A DNA stretch of 52,646 bases, the filler included, from Sphacelaria rigidula (Eukaryota): the NCBI GenBank assembly GCA_964200075.2. It is 3 parts of 3 records of this genome, joined end to end, with 100 filler letters (N's around TTAATTAATTAA, not from the genome) between each part and the next. Parts side by side here need not be neighbours in the genome. Positions count along the whole stretch, not along the records: positions 35,168 to 52,646 come from CAXNAA020001071.1; 2 more parts are not named here. One strand, given 5' to 3'. Position numbers and translations under genes: made by a program. Within the stretch, counting starts at the first letter, position 1. Each line of letters starts with the position of its first letter. This document shows, piece after piece, positions 49,278 to 52,646 of the stretch. The notes beneath the pieces are model-generated. The model did not search any database and was not told where the DNA came from. It worked only from the letters and a program-made list of their open reading frames with translations.

Positions 49278-51067
49278 CACACGCGGCCATTCGGCTACCT
49301 TGTAGAGGATTTTCCAAACGTCATCCTCGGTTCTGTCCGTTTTGAAATCCCCGCCAGAAGATCTTGGGTATTCACAATCTTCTAGAGGATTGTGAATTTT
49401 GGGGGCTCGAAGGTCTGTATCAATGTTGAAATCCCCTGGATTTTTCAAGGAATAGGTGCTATGGGAATCTGGAATTCGTACAGCCTCTGCTGTTCGAAAT
49501 AATTCCTAATTCCACATTTAGAATCGAGCAAAAAGGATTTGTATTTCGAACAGCAGAGGCTGTACAAATCCCATATACAATCGCAAATGGAATTTGTACA
49601 CCAAAAGCTGTTCGAAATACATCCCCATTTTGCCCGCCAATACCTGAAAATGGGCAAAAAAGGGGACTTATTTGCGAGCAGCTTTTTCGTTCAAGTCCCA
49701 CACGCTGCACCGTATCAGTGGATTAGATTCAAGAGAGAGCAGAAAGTGTTGAAAACTCATCATCTTGCCCCCCAATTCATATATCAATTGGGAAAAGAGA
49801 TCGAAGTCTTCAGCAGCCTCGGATGGTTACAAATCCCATACACTGATGATTGAGAGTATGTACACACAGCCATGCTACATATGTAGCTTTAGCGTGTAAA
49901 CATAGTACAACACCTGCATGAACCTTATATATTTATACATACTACGATGGCGATTTTACACTGCGTACTTCGATGGCGATATGACGACCACAACAATGAG
50001 CACGGTTTGGTGCTGTACTGAACTGTACCATGCCGTGCAGGACAGTGGCATCTCGTGCTTTTATACGTACACTGCAATATACTGCAGACTTAGCGCGGCA
50101 TATGCGCTACGTGTGGCTATAGTATACAAAGCGGATGCCTGTAACTTTGGGTACATGTGGGTGTTATATACCGTCAGCTATAGTATAAATCACGACGCCA
50201 ACTTTCGTAAGGAGAACCAAAATACAAGCGGGCAGAGTATACAGTACAGACAGCGCAGGACTATATGTATATTTTCTGCTTGCAGTGCGACGTGAAAAGA
50301 ACTTGAACAGTGTGCGCAGCTTTATCTGCCTGCACTGTCCATGAGTGTGTATGCAATGAGCCGCCGGTTATTGCCCGCACCCTATCCCGCATGGCTCCGG
50401 TACCGCGCGACTCCGCGACCATGGAAGAAGATGCTCAAGTTTAAACTTCCACCAACAAGACATACATGATATCCAACTACGGCAGTGTATATCTGTATCC
50501 CTGTGCCCAACTCGTGCTCTTTGCTGCAGGGTTGTGGTAGCTGGGAATAAGTATTGTCTGGTTCGCATGGTTCAATCTGTGAACGGCGGGTGATACATAT
50601 ATATATATATATATCTGGCGTGATGCTCCATACCACAAAATTGCTGGGGTCTCAAAGGTGCCCTGAAAGCAGTTAGGACACAAGTGCACAAGTGTAAATG
50701 TACACGCTGGAGGATACTGCATGGCTATGTCCTCCGGAGTCGCAACAAATGCCTTAGAAGCCATAGTCGGTCCCTCCTCCAATGGAATGATGCTCATATA
50801 TTCTCTGCTGTTCATATTTCCCTCTGAGAGACGTTCACGAAAACCACGTGCTCCAGAGCACCATATATTTGGTACTCTGGAGGGATTCAGACCTCAGAAG
50901 TCACTGAAGCATCAGATGCCCTCCAGACGATTCGTTTTATGACCGAAACCGAGCATGAAATACCCTCTGGAGGGTATTTTTTTTATCCTCGGGAGGGTCA
51001 CTTTCCCCTCGAGAGGATGAAAATCGCGATAGAGGATTTTAAGGGGGTAGCCGAATGGGCTCGTGTG
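49278..51067. mobile_element. About 1.8-kb CACAC-ended element of the same TIR family, with subterminal inverted repeats and a possible decayed transposase fragment
   Basis: Left TIR at 49278-49298, right TIR GTAGCCGAATGGGCTCGTGTG at 51047-51067; ATTTCGAACAGC/TGTACAAATCC motifs in both orientations at 49470-49680; no matching TSD. Confidence 0.7.
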
Positions 51068-52646
51068 AGGTTGAATCTTCACTTCCGATGGGCCCTGAAC
51101 CACGCGTAATTTTCTCACAGCTGTAATGCACGCAAAATGCTTGCGCTGCATATGTGTTATCCACCTTCGACTCGGCCGTACCAACAGTTTATACAATATG
51201 CCTGCTTTCACAGCATGAGGAGTCCACTCGTATGAACTCTGATTCGTCCGAACCGTGATACATTGCCCATGACCTTTGGCCGGACATATGATTTCACAAC
51301 CAACCTCGAAGGCAACAACACAATGTCTTTCTGAGACCATCAGTATGTAACACAGGATTTTGAAAATTGCGGACGCATCCTTTCTTGAGGTTGGGGCTTG
51401 GGAACCTTCATAAGCATCACCGTCTTCGAAAAATGATGCAAATGTACTCTCTCGCCGTGATGTGTTCCCTCATTCATCAAAACATAATCCATTCGCAAGT
51501 TTGGTAAAATACTGCGCTAAAGGGAATGATAAAAATATGCAAAATCCAGTGATGGCACTTTTTTTTGTACATGAATGAACGGAGGACGGAATCGTTCGGT
51601 GTGAACATGGGATTTTACGAGCTGCGGATGGACGTTGTTTTAGGACAAGCGAGGCCACACATCATGGCAAAAGAGTGCATTCGCACAATATTTTGAAGAT
51701 ATTTCGATGCTTGGACCGTTTCTTATGGTTGTTTTCTTTTTTTGGAATTTCTGTTCTGGAATGTTTGATCCAGGTTATGGCTCCCGAACAGGGAATATCG
51801 CCGTCACATGTCTTGAACATTTTGCATCACCTGGTCGAGAGGAGTGCCGCCCACTTTTCCAATTCGCCTAGCTCCGAGGTTCCGAGGAGGAATTCTGAAC
51901 AAGAATCCAAGGGGACATGAACAAATGCGGTGTCTGCAGTTTTCTGCGGTAATTTTTTTAATTTTCCCACATATGCTCACATTTTTCATTTTTTCATGTC
52001 CTGTTGGTTTTCATTCTTCTTCGTGACGCCGAACATGACTGCATGGTGCTTCATGTTACTTGATTTAACACGACGGGTACGTTACTGGACAGAATGTGAT
52101 ATGGGTTTGGAACCGATTTCGGATGCATACCGTAGTCGTTGATATCGTCTCAAGACGCTGCCATTCGAACAGTGGCAAGGCGTAATGTAGTCAGAATCAG
52201 AAGTTTTCAGAATTCGTATTTGTTGTGTTTCTTGAGTTTTTCTCGAGTATTACAGTAGTCAGCGTCAGAAGTATGCAGAATCCGTAATTTCTTAGTTTCT
52301 CAAAGATTGTCCAAATTCGTTTTGCTTGCCACAGCTCATCACGGTGACTGGTGGATGCCAAGAAATGGGCACCTGGAGATATTTTGATCATCTTGACGAA
52401 TATTGAAAGAAAATATATCTGCGATCAATATTGGGTGACTTAGGGGCTTGACCGATCTTCGGGGGTCCTGCGAAAATACGACCCTAGGCTCTAGCTATTC
52501 GGTGTTTTCGGTGGACCGACTCGATCCAGATTGAATAAGTGAAGACTCAAAAAGGATCGGTTTTTCGAAATTCCACCTAGTCACTGCGCCAAAGCAGGAA
52601 AACTATGTTTCTTGGACCATCTACGGTCAATAACACCCTCATGGTA

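Noticed and set aside
51088..52078. TGA read-through (selenoprotein or alternative genetic code) explanation for the TGA-only stops
   Set aside because: The sequence is interrupted by a transposon and its paralogue has frameshifts, so pseudogene decay is simpler; no SECIS recognised

Overview
Eukaryotic, intron-rich genomic DNA. Gene architecture (0.25-3 kb introns, poly-G/poly-C tracts, CAG/AAC-rich exons) suggests a brown alga or related stramenopile (inference). The window is three contigs of 17,487, 17,480 and 17,479 bp joined by 100-bp N/TTAATTAATTAA spacers, so they are probably not genomic neighbours. Contig 1 (1-17487) holds about 13 phase-consistent + strand exons of a large armadillo-repeat protein gene with both ends missing. 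Contig 2 (17588-35067) holds an 11-exon, 3'-incomplete + strand YLPM1/ZAP3 orthologue (P-loop GLPGSGKS, PP1-docking KSVTW), preceded by about 2.5 kb of apparently decayed sequence. Contig 3 (35168-52646) is a transposon graveyard: a degenerate Ty1/copia element (- strand), CACAC-ended EnSpm/CACTA-like elements, a 23-bp-TIR MITE and interrupted ORFs. The most unusual signal is a ~65-80 bp dispersed element (5 copies). It appears to fold as RNA in one orientation only, always abuts a G/C-rich tract, and shows a target-site duplication in a filled-versus-empty pair, consistent with a poly(C)-tailed retroposon targeting G tracts.
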